Positions 50,690 to 60,482 of a stretch of DNA of 64,000 bases are shown here, one piece after another. Each line of letters begins with the position of its first letter. Position 1 is the first letter of the stretch. Where the stretch lies: the NCBI GenBank assembly GCA_017444785.1, contig JAFSVX010000010.1:4648-68647 (forward strand), read 5' to 3'. This stretch comes from Clostridia bacterium. GTDB taxonomy: Bacteria > Bacillota > Clostridia > Christensenellales > UBA1242. Made by a program: the position numbers and the translations under genes. Below the pieces are notes generated by a model. The model was not told the origin of the DNA and searched no databases. It was given only the letters and a program-made list of their open reading frames with translations.

Positions 50690-51610
50690 TTAATTTACAG
50701 TAAGAATAAAACCTTTCAAGCCTTGAGCATTGATTTGATTTTCAAATGAAATGTTGCCCAAATAGCCAAGACCTTGAGGGATAATCTTTTCAAATTCAGC
50801 AATGAGTTTTGCAGTTGTCATTTCATCTTGCTCTGGGAAGATAAATCCAATAAGCATATCAAGAAGAATTTGGCTTTGCTGCGCGGTGCGATTGTTTATA
50901 CCAACCGTTCCGTTTGTCATGGTATAAGTTCCGTCATCTTCAATTGTGATGTTAAACTCTGTCGTGATATAGATCACTTTTGGCAAAATCATATTCAAAA
51001 GAAACATTGGCGTATCCATTTCTTCTGCTATTTTATTTCGGACAGCAGAGGTGTCAAATTTGAATATAAATTTCACATCAGCACTTTTTTGTGAATAAGT
51101 TGTTTCGCCATCACCCTCTATCTTTTGAGGATAAATATCCACCTCAAGCACACTGATACTTGTTGTGTCAATATATTGAAGATATGGAAGCTTGTTTTCA
51201 AGAATGCCGCTGTGAAGCATTTGATTTATAATGGCAGCAAGTTCCTTGTCTGTAAACTTATATTCGCCGGCATGAAGAGTATAATTACCGCCGTCTGCAA
51301 TGGCTTGATAGTCAATGCTGTTATCATGAGTGGTTGGAAAGCCTGCCGCAATAAGTTTTTCAGTTGCCAAGTTTTCATCAGCTTTATTAAACCCATTGGT
51401 GATCATCTTATCTTCTTTTGGGCTTGTGTAAAGAGTTTTCATTGTTGTAACAAGCTCTTGCATGTTGTTTATGCCATAGGCTTTAAAGTATTTTGGAACG
51501 ACCCATTTGTCAAGAGCAAAATACACAGAAAAAACCACTGCCGAGATGACAGCAAGCACAACAAAAAGTCTTATAAAAAGATTGATAACTTTATTCTTTT
51601 TTCTCATCAA
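50690..51610 (-). CDS. Hypothetical membrane-anchored protein
   Basis: 306 aa; N-terminal TM helix; no family recognised. Confidence 0.5.
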   Translation of the reverse strand: MMRKKNKVINLFIRLFVVLAVISAVVFSVYFALDKWVVPKYFKAYGINNMQELVTTMKTLYTSPKEDKMITNGFNKADENLATEKLIAAGFPTTHDNSIDYQAIADGGNYTLHAGEYKFTDKELAAIINQMLHSGILENKLPYLQYIDTTSISVLEVDIYPQKIEGDGETTYSQKSADVKFIFKFDTSAVRNKIAEEMDTPMFLLNMILPKVIYITTEFNITIEDDGTYTMTNGTVGINNRTAQQSQILLDMLIGFIFPEQDEMTTAKLIAEFEKIIPQGLGYLGNISFENQINAQGLKGFILTVN

Positions 51611-51615
51611 TTTAC

Positions 51616-51732
51616 CTAGTTCACAATGTTATAGTTTATTTGTCCGCGAAGAAGAAAATACAAACAAACTCCGGCAATAACGATACCAAGAATAAGTCTT
51701 ATGATACTAAAACGTTTTTTGAAAAGTCCCAT
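51616..51732 (-). CDS. Candidate 38-aa single-TM micro-protein
   Basis: Not in ORF track. Reverse strand AGAGGAAAA RBS plus ATG 51730-51732: MGLFKKRFSIIRLILGIVIAGVCLYFLLRGQINYNIVN; stop lies 5 nt before the next gene's start. Confidence 0.4.
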   Translation of the reverse strand: MGLFKKRFSIIRLILGIVIAGVCLYFLLRGQINYNIVN

Positions 51733-51828
51733 AGTTTTTCCTCTTGTATAAAGTATATATTAAATTTTAAAATCTTGTCAAGCACAATGGCTTACAATAT
51801 TTCATGTAAAAAAAGTTTTTATAAACTG

Positions 51829-53160
51829 TTATTTTGAATATGAAATTTTTGCGATCTTATCAGTTCCTGAAGTTATTTTGACGCTGTCAGAGATATCGTA
51901 TCCTGCCACAACCAAAACCTTATTGCCACTTGCAAGAACCATTATTTCATCTCTCAGCCTCAGTGGTATTTTTTTGTCAGTAAAATAGTCGTTCAGTTTT
52001 TTACTTCCACTTCCGATCTTGGAAAACATGTCGCCGTCTTGACGTGTTCTCCACACGGCAGTTGCAGGGATACTTTCAAAATCCACATAGTGATTTCCAT
52101 CACCAAACACGGGCATCTCATCATCAGAAAGAAGCTTGATTTCAATGGCACCAAAATTTTCAATGTTTGTCTTGCCTGTTTTAAATTCATAGTATCCATT
52201 TTTAAGATCTGGTTTATTTTGAGTGAGCACCACGCCGTCATACTCTTTGAACGCAGTGATTTTGAAAGGCAAACTTATCTTGCTTGAATTTTTCATCTTG
52301 AAAAGATTAAGCACTTCGAAGATATGCTTTTCCTCTATGTCAAAGAAAGCCCCAAGTTGCTCAAATGCACGCTTAACAAGCCTTGTCTTGATTGCAAGAT
52401 GCAGACTGTCCACCTCATTTAAAAGTTTCACAGTTTTCTCTGAGCTCACAATCAATTTGTATGGAATTTGGCTTTGGATAAAGTCCTCATCAACTGCACA
52501 CTTTGAAGCGAACTTGCAAAGCGAGTTGACCACATCAGGATAAGCTTTCTCCACCACAGGAATAACTTTATGCCTTACATAATTTCTGTTATAGTTCACA
52601 TCATCATTTGAAGAGTCTTTGATGCTTGGAATTTTGTTTGCTTTGTTATACTCTTCAATATCTTTCCTTGTAAAATTAAGCAGAGGACGAATAATATTTC
52701 CACTCTTTATTTGCATACCTGTTGCGCCCTTCAAACTGCTTCCGCGAGCAATATGCATAAGCACAGTCTCTGCCTGATCGTCTTTGTGGTGAGCAACTGC
52801 CAAAACAGTTGCTTTTTCTTTTTGCATAATTTTTTCAAACGCCAAATAGCGCAACTCTCTTGCAGCCTGCTCTGTGGTCTTACCATACTTTTTGGCATGC
52901 TTTAACACGTCAACACTTTCACAAATAAATTTAATATCGTTTTTCTCGCAATATTTTTTGACAAAATTCTCATCTCTTTCAGATTCCTGCCCGCGAAGAT
53001 TGTGATTTATGTGGACGGCAAGAAGCTGAAATCCCATTTGAGACTTGGCTTTTAAAAGCATGCTCAAAAGACACATACTGTCTGTGCCACCGCTGACGCC
53101 AACCAAAACCTTATCAGTTTTTGTTATCAGTCCCTCTAAAACTTTGCAAGAAATTTCCAT
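51829..53160 (-). CDS. tilS: tRNA(Ile)-lysidine synthetase
   Basis: PP-loop VGVSGGTDSM; ATG 53160 has a GGAGA RBS (ORF-track start 53193 also possible); follows spoIIE as in many Firmicutes. Confidence 0.88.
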   Translation of the reverse strand: MEISCKVLEGLITKTDKVLVGVSGGTDSMCLLSMLLKAKSQMGFQLLAVHINHNLRGQESERDENFVKKYCEKNDIKFICESVDVLKHAKKYGKTTEQAARELRYLAFEKIMQKEKATVLAVAHHKDDQAETVLMHIARGSSLKGATGMQIKSGNIIRPLLNFTRKDIEEYNKANKIPSIKDSSNDDVNYNRNYVRHKVIPVVEKAYPDVVNSLCKFASKCAVDEDFIQSQIPYKLIVSSEKTVKLLNEVDSLHLAIKTRLVKRAFEQLGAFFDIEEKHIFEVLNLFKMKNSSKISLPFKITAFKEYDGVVLTQNKPDLKNGYYEFKTGKTNIENFGAIEIKLLSDDEMPVFGDGNHYVDFESIPATAVWRTRQDGDMFSKIGSGSKKLNDYFTDKKIPLRLRDEIMVLASGNKVLVVAGYDISDSVKITSGTDKIAKISYSK

Positions 53161-53213
53161 AAAAGTATCTCCATCACTCTCTATTATAACCAAATTCTTG
53201 CAAAGTGCAACAA

Positions 53214-55523
53214 TTATGCAAAGTTTTGATTAAGTTTAAATACAATAACTGTCATATCGTCAGGGTGCGCAGTTCTGCTTTCCGCTTCTTCCAAGATGCT
53301 GTCCGCAAGCATTTGCACATTGATGAACATTTCATTATTGACAAAATCTGCAAAGTTTTCAGGGGAAGAAAATGCGTCCACAATTCCGTCCGAGGCTATC
53401 ACAACAATATCCCCCACCTGCAAAACTTTTTTCTCGACCGTTGGATAGATCTTTTCCATAACTCCAAGTGGCAGACTGCTACAACTGATCACGGCACATT
53501 GATTTTTTTGCTTAATCACACTCACGCTTGCCCCAATCTTGACAAAATCCGCCATACCGGAGGAAAGATCAACCACAACGGCATCAAGAGTGGTAAAGTT
53601 TTCCTCCCCCGCAGGAATTAAAATCTTGTTAACACTGTGAACAATGGTCTCAGATGAAAACTGAGATTTATAAAAGCTCTCCACTATGGAAAGCGCAGAT
53701 GAGGAAATTTGATTTGCTTTCACCCCATGTCCCTTGCCATCAGCAATTGCAAAAAGATACCTTCCACTCCCAATCTTTTTATAGGAATAGACATCTCCGC
53801 TGAGCCCATCAACCGACTTTTGAGCAAACCCAATTGCAAGCGAATATTTATCTGCTGGCTCAAACTGAAGAATACTCCAACCAGAAAGTCTTGCAAATGT
53901 CTGTCTTATAAGCACCATACTCATCTTCAAAACAGTTTTCAGATCCTCAGAAATTTTTGGATTGACAATGTCACTGTTACGAACTGCAAGCACCACCTTT
54001 TTGACACCACTGTTTCCACTTATGACTTCACATTCATTGACCACAACTTTATCCGAAGTCAGCTGATCCAAAACAGCTTTTGCTTGCTTTTTATCAAAAA
54101 TCTCATCTTCAGAAATCGCAAGTGCAAGCTCACTAAAAATCTTTCCAGTTGCCCCCATCTGAGCACTGACAAGCATTTTCCCATTGTCAGAGGAAGCAAC
54201 CTGCTCTTGATATTTAAAGTAAAGTTTCAGTGCCTCGTTGACCTCGCCAATAAGCACGCTGAACTTATCACAACTGCCTGTTAAAAGATTGTTGGCATCA
54301 AGGATTGTAACTTTGCCCTTCTCCATACCAAAATCTATCAGCTGGTATATCGCCGAGTGTATCTGCGCATTTTCACTGCAATTATTTTTATTGATGCACG
54401 CACAACAAATTTTTGACTCAATCTCGTTTGTCAGCATCTGGCAATATTCATCTTTGTTGACTTTTCCAATACTGAGATTTCGGTATTCCACCTGCATAGA
54501 CCTAAACAGCTGAGACATACCGGTCAGTCTGCTTTTAAGTTCTTCCCTCCTTCCACTTATAAGGTATTCGCTGACAAGATTTCCGTCATAGTCAAAGCCA
54601 AATCCTTGAAGATAGACAAATAGCTTGCTTGGCACACACAAAAACAGAAAAAGACAACAAAGCGTGGCCAAAAGACACACATAGTTATAAACCGGATAGG
54701 CATTTAAAAACATACCAAATACCAAGTCTGCCAAAGCTGCCAAAACAGCAGGGAAAAATCTGCTGTTTTGTGCAAAACAAGAAAAGATTAGACCAAAAGT
54801 TACAAATACAGCAATAAAAGTTACATTTGCATTCACAAAAGAAAATCCAAGCCCAGCAAGAGCAGAAAAATAAACATTTGCACTTTTTGTCAAAATCCTT
54901 GACATACATGCAAGAAAAAATATCACCATAAGATAGCTTAGATTAACCATACCCACAAACACACCGGCGATGCCACTGAAAAATGCTATCAAAAAGATGC
55001 CAAAGCAGATGCTTTCATCAAGTGTGAACCTGCTTTGAAGTCCACGATAAAAAAGAGCCCCAAACGCAACAACCACGATATACATAAAGCAAAGCCCAAC
55101 CACAATTGAAACCAAGCTTATGATGATCTGCTTTGTGGAATAAATGTTGAAATACAAAAATCCCACTTGACTGAGCGCACAAAAAATCAGTGCAACAAAA
55201 AGAGGCATCTTCTTCTTAGAAATTTTGAAGATAAGATAAAGCAAAATTGCAAAAGACACCACGCTGACACTGATAATCAAATTCTGCAGTGTAAAACCAT
55301 AAATCAACGATATAAGCAAATAAAAAATGCAAAGTAAGACAGCATTTTTGTTAAGATAAATAAGCGCAAACAAAAAGCTAAAGGCAAAGGGATAAAGAAT
55401 ATGCATCACATTTGCACGCGCCAAAACAAGCATAATCAAGAAAACACCAAAATACAACAAAATTTGCTTCTTATTTGCAATCGTCCACTTTCTTAAATTT
55501 TTCATACAAGCATAATAGCACAT
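53214..55523 (-). CDS. spoIIE: Stage II sporulation protein E-like PP2C phosphatase with polytopic membrane domain
   Basis: About 10 TM helices, then the SpoIIE/PP2C domain (GDVYSY...FAIADGKGHGVKA...IASDGIVD). Start ambiguous (TTG 55535, ATG 55523, ATG 55505). Confidence 0.8.
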   Translation of the reverse strand: MCYYACMKNLRKWTIANKKQILLYFGVFLIMLVLARANVMHILYPFAFSFLFALIYLNKNAVLLCIFYLLISLIYGFTLQNLIISVSVVSFAILLYLIFKISKKKMPLFVALIFCALSQVGFLYFNIYSTKQIIISLVSIVVGLCFMYIVVVAFGALFYRGLQSRFTLDESICFGIFLIAFFSGIAGVFVGMVNLSYLMVIFFLACMSRILTKSANVYFSALAGLGFSFVNANVTFIAVFVTFGLIFSCFAQNSRFFPAVLAALADLVFGMFLNAYPVYNYVCLLATLCCLFLFLCVPSKLFVYLQGFGFDYDGNLVSEYLISGRREELKSRLTGMSQLFRSMQVEYRNLSIGKVNKDEYCQMLTNEIESKICCACINKNNCSENAQIHSAIYQLIDFGMEKGKVTILDANNLLTGSCDKFSVLIGEVNEALKLYFKYQEQVASSDNGKMLVSAQMGATGKIFSELALAISEDEIFDKKQAKAVLDQLTSDKVVVNECEVISGNSGVKKVVLAVRNSDIVNPKISEDLKTVLKMSMVLIRQTFARLSGWSILQFEPADKYSLAIGFAQKSVDGLSGDVYSYKKIGSGRYLFAIADGKGHGVKANQISSSALSIVESFYKSQFSSETIVHSVNKILIPAGEENFTTLDAVVVDLSSGMADFVKIGASVSVIKQKNQCAVISCSSLPLGVMEKIYPTVEKKVLQVGDIVVIASDGIVDAFSSPENFADFVNNEMFINVQMLADSILEEAESRTAHPDDMTVIVFKLNQNFA

Positions 55524-55659
55524 AAAATTTTGCAAACAAAATAAGCAAAAATCTAACTTTGTCGCAAATTGTCTTTTAATAAGTAATGCTTAAAAATAAT
55601 TATTTATTATTCTTGAAATTTACAAAAAATAATGCTAGAATAAAGCAAAGGAAAAATAT

Positions 55660-56802
55660 ATGGCAATTTCAGTTGACTTTAAAGATCTTATAAATAAAGA
55701 CAAAGATGCATATGACATCATTGACATCAGAAGCAGTGATGACTTTGATTTTGGACACATTCCCGGCGCAATCAACATACCTGAAACAGTGCTTGAAAAC
55801 TTTTCAAAACTGAATAAAAACAAAGAATACTATATCTGTTGCAAAAGCGGAGTGAAAAGCGAAGATGTTGCAGACACTCTTTGTGAAAACGGATTTAAAG
55901 CATTCAGCCTTAATGCCGGTTATATTGGTTACTTGCGCTCTCAAATAAAAGAGGTGAAAAATGGCACAATTGCCAGCAATGCAGAGCTCAGCCTTCAAAA
56001 AAAATTCAGAAAAGAAATACTAAGTAAGTTTTTAAAAGCAATCAAAACCTATGACCTTATCCAGCCAAACGACAAAATTGCAGTCTGCATTTCTGGTGGA
56101 AAAGACAGCTTCCTTATGGCAAAACTTTTTCAGGAGCTTTTGCGCTTCACTGAAATTCCTTTTGAAGTGGTATTTTTGTGCATGGATCCGGGATACAGCA
56201 AAGAAAATCGAGAGCTTATTGAAGTCAACGCAAAAAACCTGAACATTCCCCTCACCTTCTTTGAAACTGACATTTTTGACAGCGTAGTCAATGTGGACAA
56301 ATCCCCTTGCTATCTTTGTGCAAGGATGAGGCGTGGTCATCTTTACAGTGCTGCCGAGAAGCTTGGTTGCAATAAAATAGCCCTTGGCCACCACTTTGAT
56401 GATGTGATTGAAACAATACTTATGGGCATGCTTTATGGTGGACAAATTCAAACCATGATGCCAAAACTCCACAGCGACAACTTTGGAAACATGCAGCTTA
56501 TTCGCCCACTCTATCTTATTCGTGAAAAAGATATCAAGCACTGGCGCGATTATAATAATCTTCACTTTCTTCAATGCGCCTGCAGATTCACCGCAACTTG
56601 CTCTATTGATGGGGGAAATGACCAAACTGCAAGCAAGCGCAAAAAGGTCAAACACATCATCGCAAACATTGCCAAAGACGATCCTTGCATAGAGCAAAAC
56701 ATTTTCAAAAGCATAGAAAATGTCAACCTTGCCACCGTCATCGCCTATAAAGACAAGCACGGCACCCACCACAGCTTCCTTGATGATTATGATGAAAAAT
56801 AA
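55660..56802 (+). CDS. Rhodanese domain fused to TtcA-like PP-loop tRNA thiolase
   Basis: N-terminal rhodanese (IIDIRSSDDFDFGHIPGAINIP, active-site CCKSGVKS). C-terminal part has SGGKDS PP-loop and CYLCARMRRGHLY, as in TtcA. Confidence 0.7.
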   Translation: MAISVDFKDLINKDKDAYDIIDIRSSDDFDFGHIPGAINIPETVLENFSKLNKNKEYYICCKSGVKSEDVADTLCENGFKAFSLNAGYIGYLRSQIKEVKNGTIASNAELSLQKKFRKEILSKFLKAIKTYDLIQPNDKIAVCISGGKDSFLMAKLFQELLRFTEIPFEVVFLCMDPGYSKENRELIEVNAKNLNIPLTFFETDIFDSVVNVDKSPCYLCARMRRGHLYSAAEKLGCNKIALGHHFDDVIETILMGMLYGGQIQTMMPKLHSDNFGNMQLIRPLYLIREKDIKHWRDYNNLHFLQCACRFTATCSIDGGNDQTASKRKKVKHIIANIAKDDPCIEQNIFKSIENVNLATVIAYKDKHGTHHSFLDDYDEK

Positions 56803-56815
56803 AATTTAAGTTATA

Positions 56816-56845
56816 AAAAATGTAAGACGCCTGTCTTACATTTTT
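56816..56845. terminator. Intrinsic terminator after the TtcA-like gene
   Basis: TGTAAGAC-gcct-GTCTTACA flanked by an A-run and a T-run. Confidence 0.8.
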
Positions 56846-56858
56846 ATTTTCCAACTCA

Positions 56859-56897
56859 GTGCACAGAGGAAATATTGGGAAGGGTGCCTCTGTGCAC
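56859..56897. repeat. GC-rich 11-bp hairpin without U-run
   Basis: GTGCACAGAGG-17 nt-CCTCTGTGCAC, immediately downstream of the 724-aa LRR gene stop. Confidence 0.6.
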
Positions 56898-56903
56898 CGA
56901 ATG

Positions 56904-59223
56904 TTATGAATTCTTTATATATTTATTATACCCTGCTCTGTCACTTGTCGTTTGAGTGAATGAATCTGTGATATATGTTCCAACGCTTGTGATTGTGTCT
57001 TTCACATAAACTGTTGTGGCATTTGCGAGCAAATAGGAATCTGATGAATTTAGACCTGCTATCGTTGATGAATCTATTATTACTTCTGTAAGGCTACTGC
57101 AACCCAAAATTGCGCTATCTCCTATGTTGATCAAACCACTTCCTATTGTTATTTTTGTAAGACTACTACAACCGTTAAATATCCAACCAGCAATACTTGT
57201 TACACTATCCGGAATTGTAATTTCAATAAGTGAACTGCAACCTTCAAATGCAACAGTTCCAATACTTGTTAAAGTATTTGATAATATGACTTCTGTAAGA
57301 CCACTGCAACCGTTGAAAGCAGAAACTCCAATGCTAAGTACACCACTTGGAATATTTATGCTTGTAAGTCCAGTACAATTTTGAAATGCATTATTACGAA
57401 TAAACCTGGTATTTCCATTTATTCCACACGATGTTATAGAATTATTTTTTGCATAAATAAGCAATATATATGCATTTATATTGTTTCCAAGATATTTTGC
57501 ATTATCATATTCATTACAAATCAATGATGTGCAACCATTAAATACATAATCTCCAATACTTATAAGGCTGTTTGGAATCGTAACATTTGTAAGTGAACTG
57601 CAATCCCTAAATACTGAATCTCCTATACTTGTCACACCTTCTGGTATAATAACACTCGTCAGGTCTGAACAACTCCAAAATGCACACTCTCCAATGCTTG
57701 TCACACTGCTTCCAATTGTCACACTGCTTACTTTTGGGCTGTATGATGAGTTTGTGACATAAAACAAATTTGCCGGTATGCTTTCAACATTATTACCAAA
57801 TACAACTCCAATTCCATCCCCGTTTGCGCCTGCCCTATAGAATAAATTTTGTGGTACTGAGGCTATGTTAATTGCATTATAATATATGGTTTCTAGACCA
57901 TAACAACCACGGAATGCACCTGTGTCAATGCTTGTCACACTGTCTGGGATTGTTATACTTGTCAGTCCACTACAACTGCTGAATCCCCAAGATTTAATCC
58001 TTGTCACACCATCTGGAATTCTCAATGCCCCAGTAAGCCCGCTACAAGAAGAAAATACGCCATTTTCAATTCTTGTCAAACCACTTCCAAATTTCAGACC
58101 TGTAAATCCTGTGCAACCACCAAATGCAGAATCTTCAATAACTATCACACTGTTTGGAATTGTCAATGTCCCTGTAAATCCTGTGCAATGTAGAAATGCA
58201 CTCCATCCAATTTTTTTAATACAACCGGGAATTATCAATGTCCCAGTAATCTCACTGCAGTTTTGAAAGGCACCACCTTCAATGCTTGTCACATCTTGAT
58301 TTTCATGTTGCCTTGGAATAACAACTTCACCAGTTGGTGTTCCTTGTTTACTTACAAAATGCACATTATTACTTATATAAAAATATAATTTATCAAGTGT
58401 TGCAGTTTTTGTATAAAGTCTTACTGTTTCAAAATTATTTACTGTGGCACTTTGAACTGCCGTTGGAGTATAAATTGTGTCACCGTCTTCCAGATACTGT
58501 GTGCATTCTGCATCTTTGAAATATCCAGGACAATTGTTATAATCAAGTGGTAAAACATCTGTGTCGTAAACAAACTTACCATCTGTTAAATCCAATGCTG
58601 AAACCGCAGCAACTTTTCCATCAACATAATATACAACATAACTGTCATAAAGTTGTGAACTGTTGCTGTTTATTGTTGTCGTTGTTGTTTGTCCTTCAAT
58701 AACTGTTCCACCTGCATTATATATCGCAGCACCAGTTTCCGCTGCATTTCCGACAATCGCCCCGCCATTAAGATTAACTGTTCCACCTTCTTCAACATAG
58801 ATTGCACCACCACAAATTGCTTGGTTAAACATTATTGTTCCGCCATTCATGGTAAAAGTACCACCACTTGCAACATATACTGCCCCACCATATGTCGCTG
58901 ATGAACCTTTATATGTTCCACCATTCATCACATATGAACTTCCTGCACCAACATAAATTGCTCCGCCCTTTTCAGACATTGGGGCAAGTGCTGTACCATT
59001 TTCTTCAACTTCCTGCGCTGATGCATAATAAACACCAGGGATAGTTCTATCCTTGGTGTCCTGCTGGTTCTCAACCACTGTTGGTGATGTGGTTGCCTTG
59101 TTGTTATTAACAATTTTTACGGAAAAAGTAAAGATAAGCGCAGCAACAACTATCGCTATACTTATTAGTATCTTATTAAGCTGCCCCCCCCCCGATTTTT
59201 GCTGTTTTTACCTTGTTTTTCAT
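56904..59223 (-). CDS. BspA-like LRR surface protein (paralog 2); N-terminal signal-anchor exon out of frame at a poly-G tract
   Basis: ORF 56904-59078 (724 aa) has the same head (GGAIYV repeats) and tail (AGYNKYIKNS) as the 1295-aa paralog. RBS GGAGAAGG plus ATG 59221-59223 encode MKNKVKTAKI, then G10. The main frame continues QLNKILISIAIVVAALIFTFSV. Confidence 0.75.
59184..59193 (-). repeat. Homopolymeric G10 tract (C10 on plus strand) in the 5' coding region
   Basis: Counted directly: C at 59184-59193. G9 would be in frame. Confidence 0.95.
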
Positions 59224-59319
59224 ACCTTCTCCCTGCCTTTTGTGTTCCCACAATATTTTTCTGCCAACGGCTTTTCTGGGTTTTTCACCCCAACTTATTG
59301 ACATCTTTTGGATACCTAT

Positions 59320-59348
59320 ATTCTATATTTTTATTCTGCCCTTGTCAA
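59320..59348 (-). promoter_or_regulatory. Promoter of the 724-aa LRR protein gene
   Basis: Reverse strand TTTGACAAG with TTGACA (59343-59348), 17 nt, TAGAAT (59320-59325); same -35 context as the paralog promoter. Confidence 0.6.
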
Positions 59349-59442
59349 ACAATTTTTATCAATTTTGACAAAATTTTTATGAAATTTTTCGCCTCTCTAC
59401 CGAACCGGCGAAGAAAACTCGCCGCATCTTTGGCAAAATTTA

Positions 59443-59516
59443 TGTATATAACAAGGCATAAAAAAATTCCAACGCTCGATTTTATTTTCATAAATGAGTG
59501 TATCGCGATTTTGTAG
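59443..59516. repeat. Conserved-core module, copy D (arms no longer complementary)
   Basis: Close to 28999-29074 by eye (roughly 85-90 percent). However the 5' arm ATTCCAACGC is of copy-C type and the 3' arm GTGTATCGCGAT is of copy-B type. Confidence 0.75.
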
Positions 59517-59570
59517 TATATACATATAACGTGAATTAAGGTGAAAATTTTGATGCAGAAGAAGGCACTA

Positions 59571-59620
59571 AAAAATCCCAGGCAAGCGCATATTTACATA
59601 CGTAACTGTCTGGGATTTTT
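59571..59620. repeat. Hairpin module, copy E (variant core)
   Basis: ATCCCAGGCA/TGTCTGGGAT arms (one G.U on plus) around AGCGCATATTTACATACGTAAC; preceded by ATGCAGAAGAAGGCA, also seen at about 28768. Confidence 0.7.
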
Positions 59621-59648
59621 ATAGTAACAAATTTCTTTTTCACGTCAA

Positions 59649-59790
59649 TTCATACAAATAACGTTGTTTAAGGTTTAGAAAATGTGCAATAAGAAAGAAA
59701 CAAAAAAGTTCCACGCCCGATTTTACTTTCGTAAATGAGTGTGTGGAACTTTTGCAGTTTCTGCACTTAGTGTGCGTTTTGTAAGCCTTA
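59649..59790. repeat. Complete nested palindrome unit abutting the rplA stop codon (copy F)
   Basis: Box TTCATACAAATAACGTTGTTTAAGG; outer arms 59670-59701 / 59757-59789; inner AGTTCCACGC / GTGTGGAACT around CCGATTTTACTTTCGTAAATGA. Confidence 0.8.
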
Positions 59791-60468
59791 AACTTTGACT
59801 TTAATTCCTGGGCCCATTGTAGAAGCAACAACTATACTCTTTAAATATGTTCCCTTTGCAGCTTGTGGTTTTGCTTTAACAATTGCATCAAGAAGCACAT
59901 CAAAGTTCTCTTGAAGTTTCGCAGCACCAAAGCTCTTTTTACCGATAACGCAGTGAATGATACCAAATTTGTCAAGACGATACTCAACTTTACCAGCTTT
60001 GATATCCTTTATTGCTTTTGCAACGTCAGGTGTAACTGTTCCACTTTTTGGGTTTGGCATAAGACCACGAGGTCCAAGAACTCTTGCAGCTCTACCAACA
60101 ATACCCATCATGTCAGGTGTTGTAACGCAGGCGTCAAAGTCAAGCCAACCTTCTTTAACGATTTTATCAACCATTTCTTCAGCACCAACATAGTCAGCAC
60201 CTTCAGCTTTGGCGATATCAGCCTTATCACCTTTTGCGATAACAAGGACTTTCTTTGATTTACCAGTTCCGTTTGGAAGAACTATTGAACCTCTTACTTG
60301 TTGGTCAGCGTTCTTAGGGTCAACGCCAAGCTTAATATGAACTTCAATAGACTCATCAAATTTTGCAGTTGCAGTTTCAACAGCAAGGGCAAGACCTTCG
60401 TTCACATCATACTGCTTTTGAGCTTCGATTTTTGAAGCAGAAGCGTTATAATTTTTTCCGTGTTTCAT
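59788..60468 (-). CDS. rplA: 50S ribosomal protein L1
   Basis: 226 aa; [15 protein letters not shown]... conserved L1 sequence. Confidence 0.97.
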   Translation of the reverse strand: MKHGKNYNASASKIEAQKQYDVNEGLALAVETATAKFDESIEVHIKLGVDPKNADQQVRGSIVLPNGTGKSKKVLVIAKGDKADIAKAEGADYVGAEEMVDKIVKEGWLDFDACVTTPDMMGIVGRAARVLGPRGLMPNPKSGTVTPDVAKAIKDIKAGKVEYRLDKFGIIHCVIGKKSFGAAKLQENFDVLLDAIVKAKPQAAKGTYLKSIVVASTMGPGIKVKV

Positions 60469-60482
60469 AGCATAGTCCTCCC

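Noticed and set aside
56032-56772. 246-aa minus-strand ORF inside the TtcA-like gene
   Set aside because: It is fully antisense to a gene with clear PP-loop and rhodanese motifs. It has no RBS or recognisable motifs.
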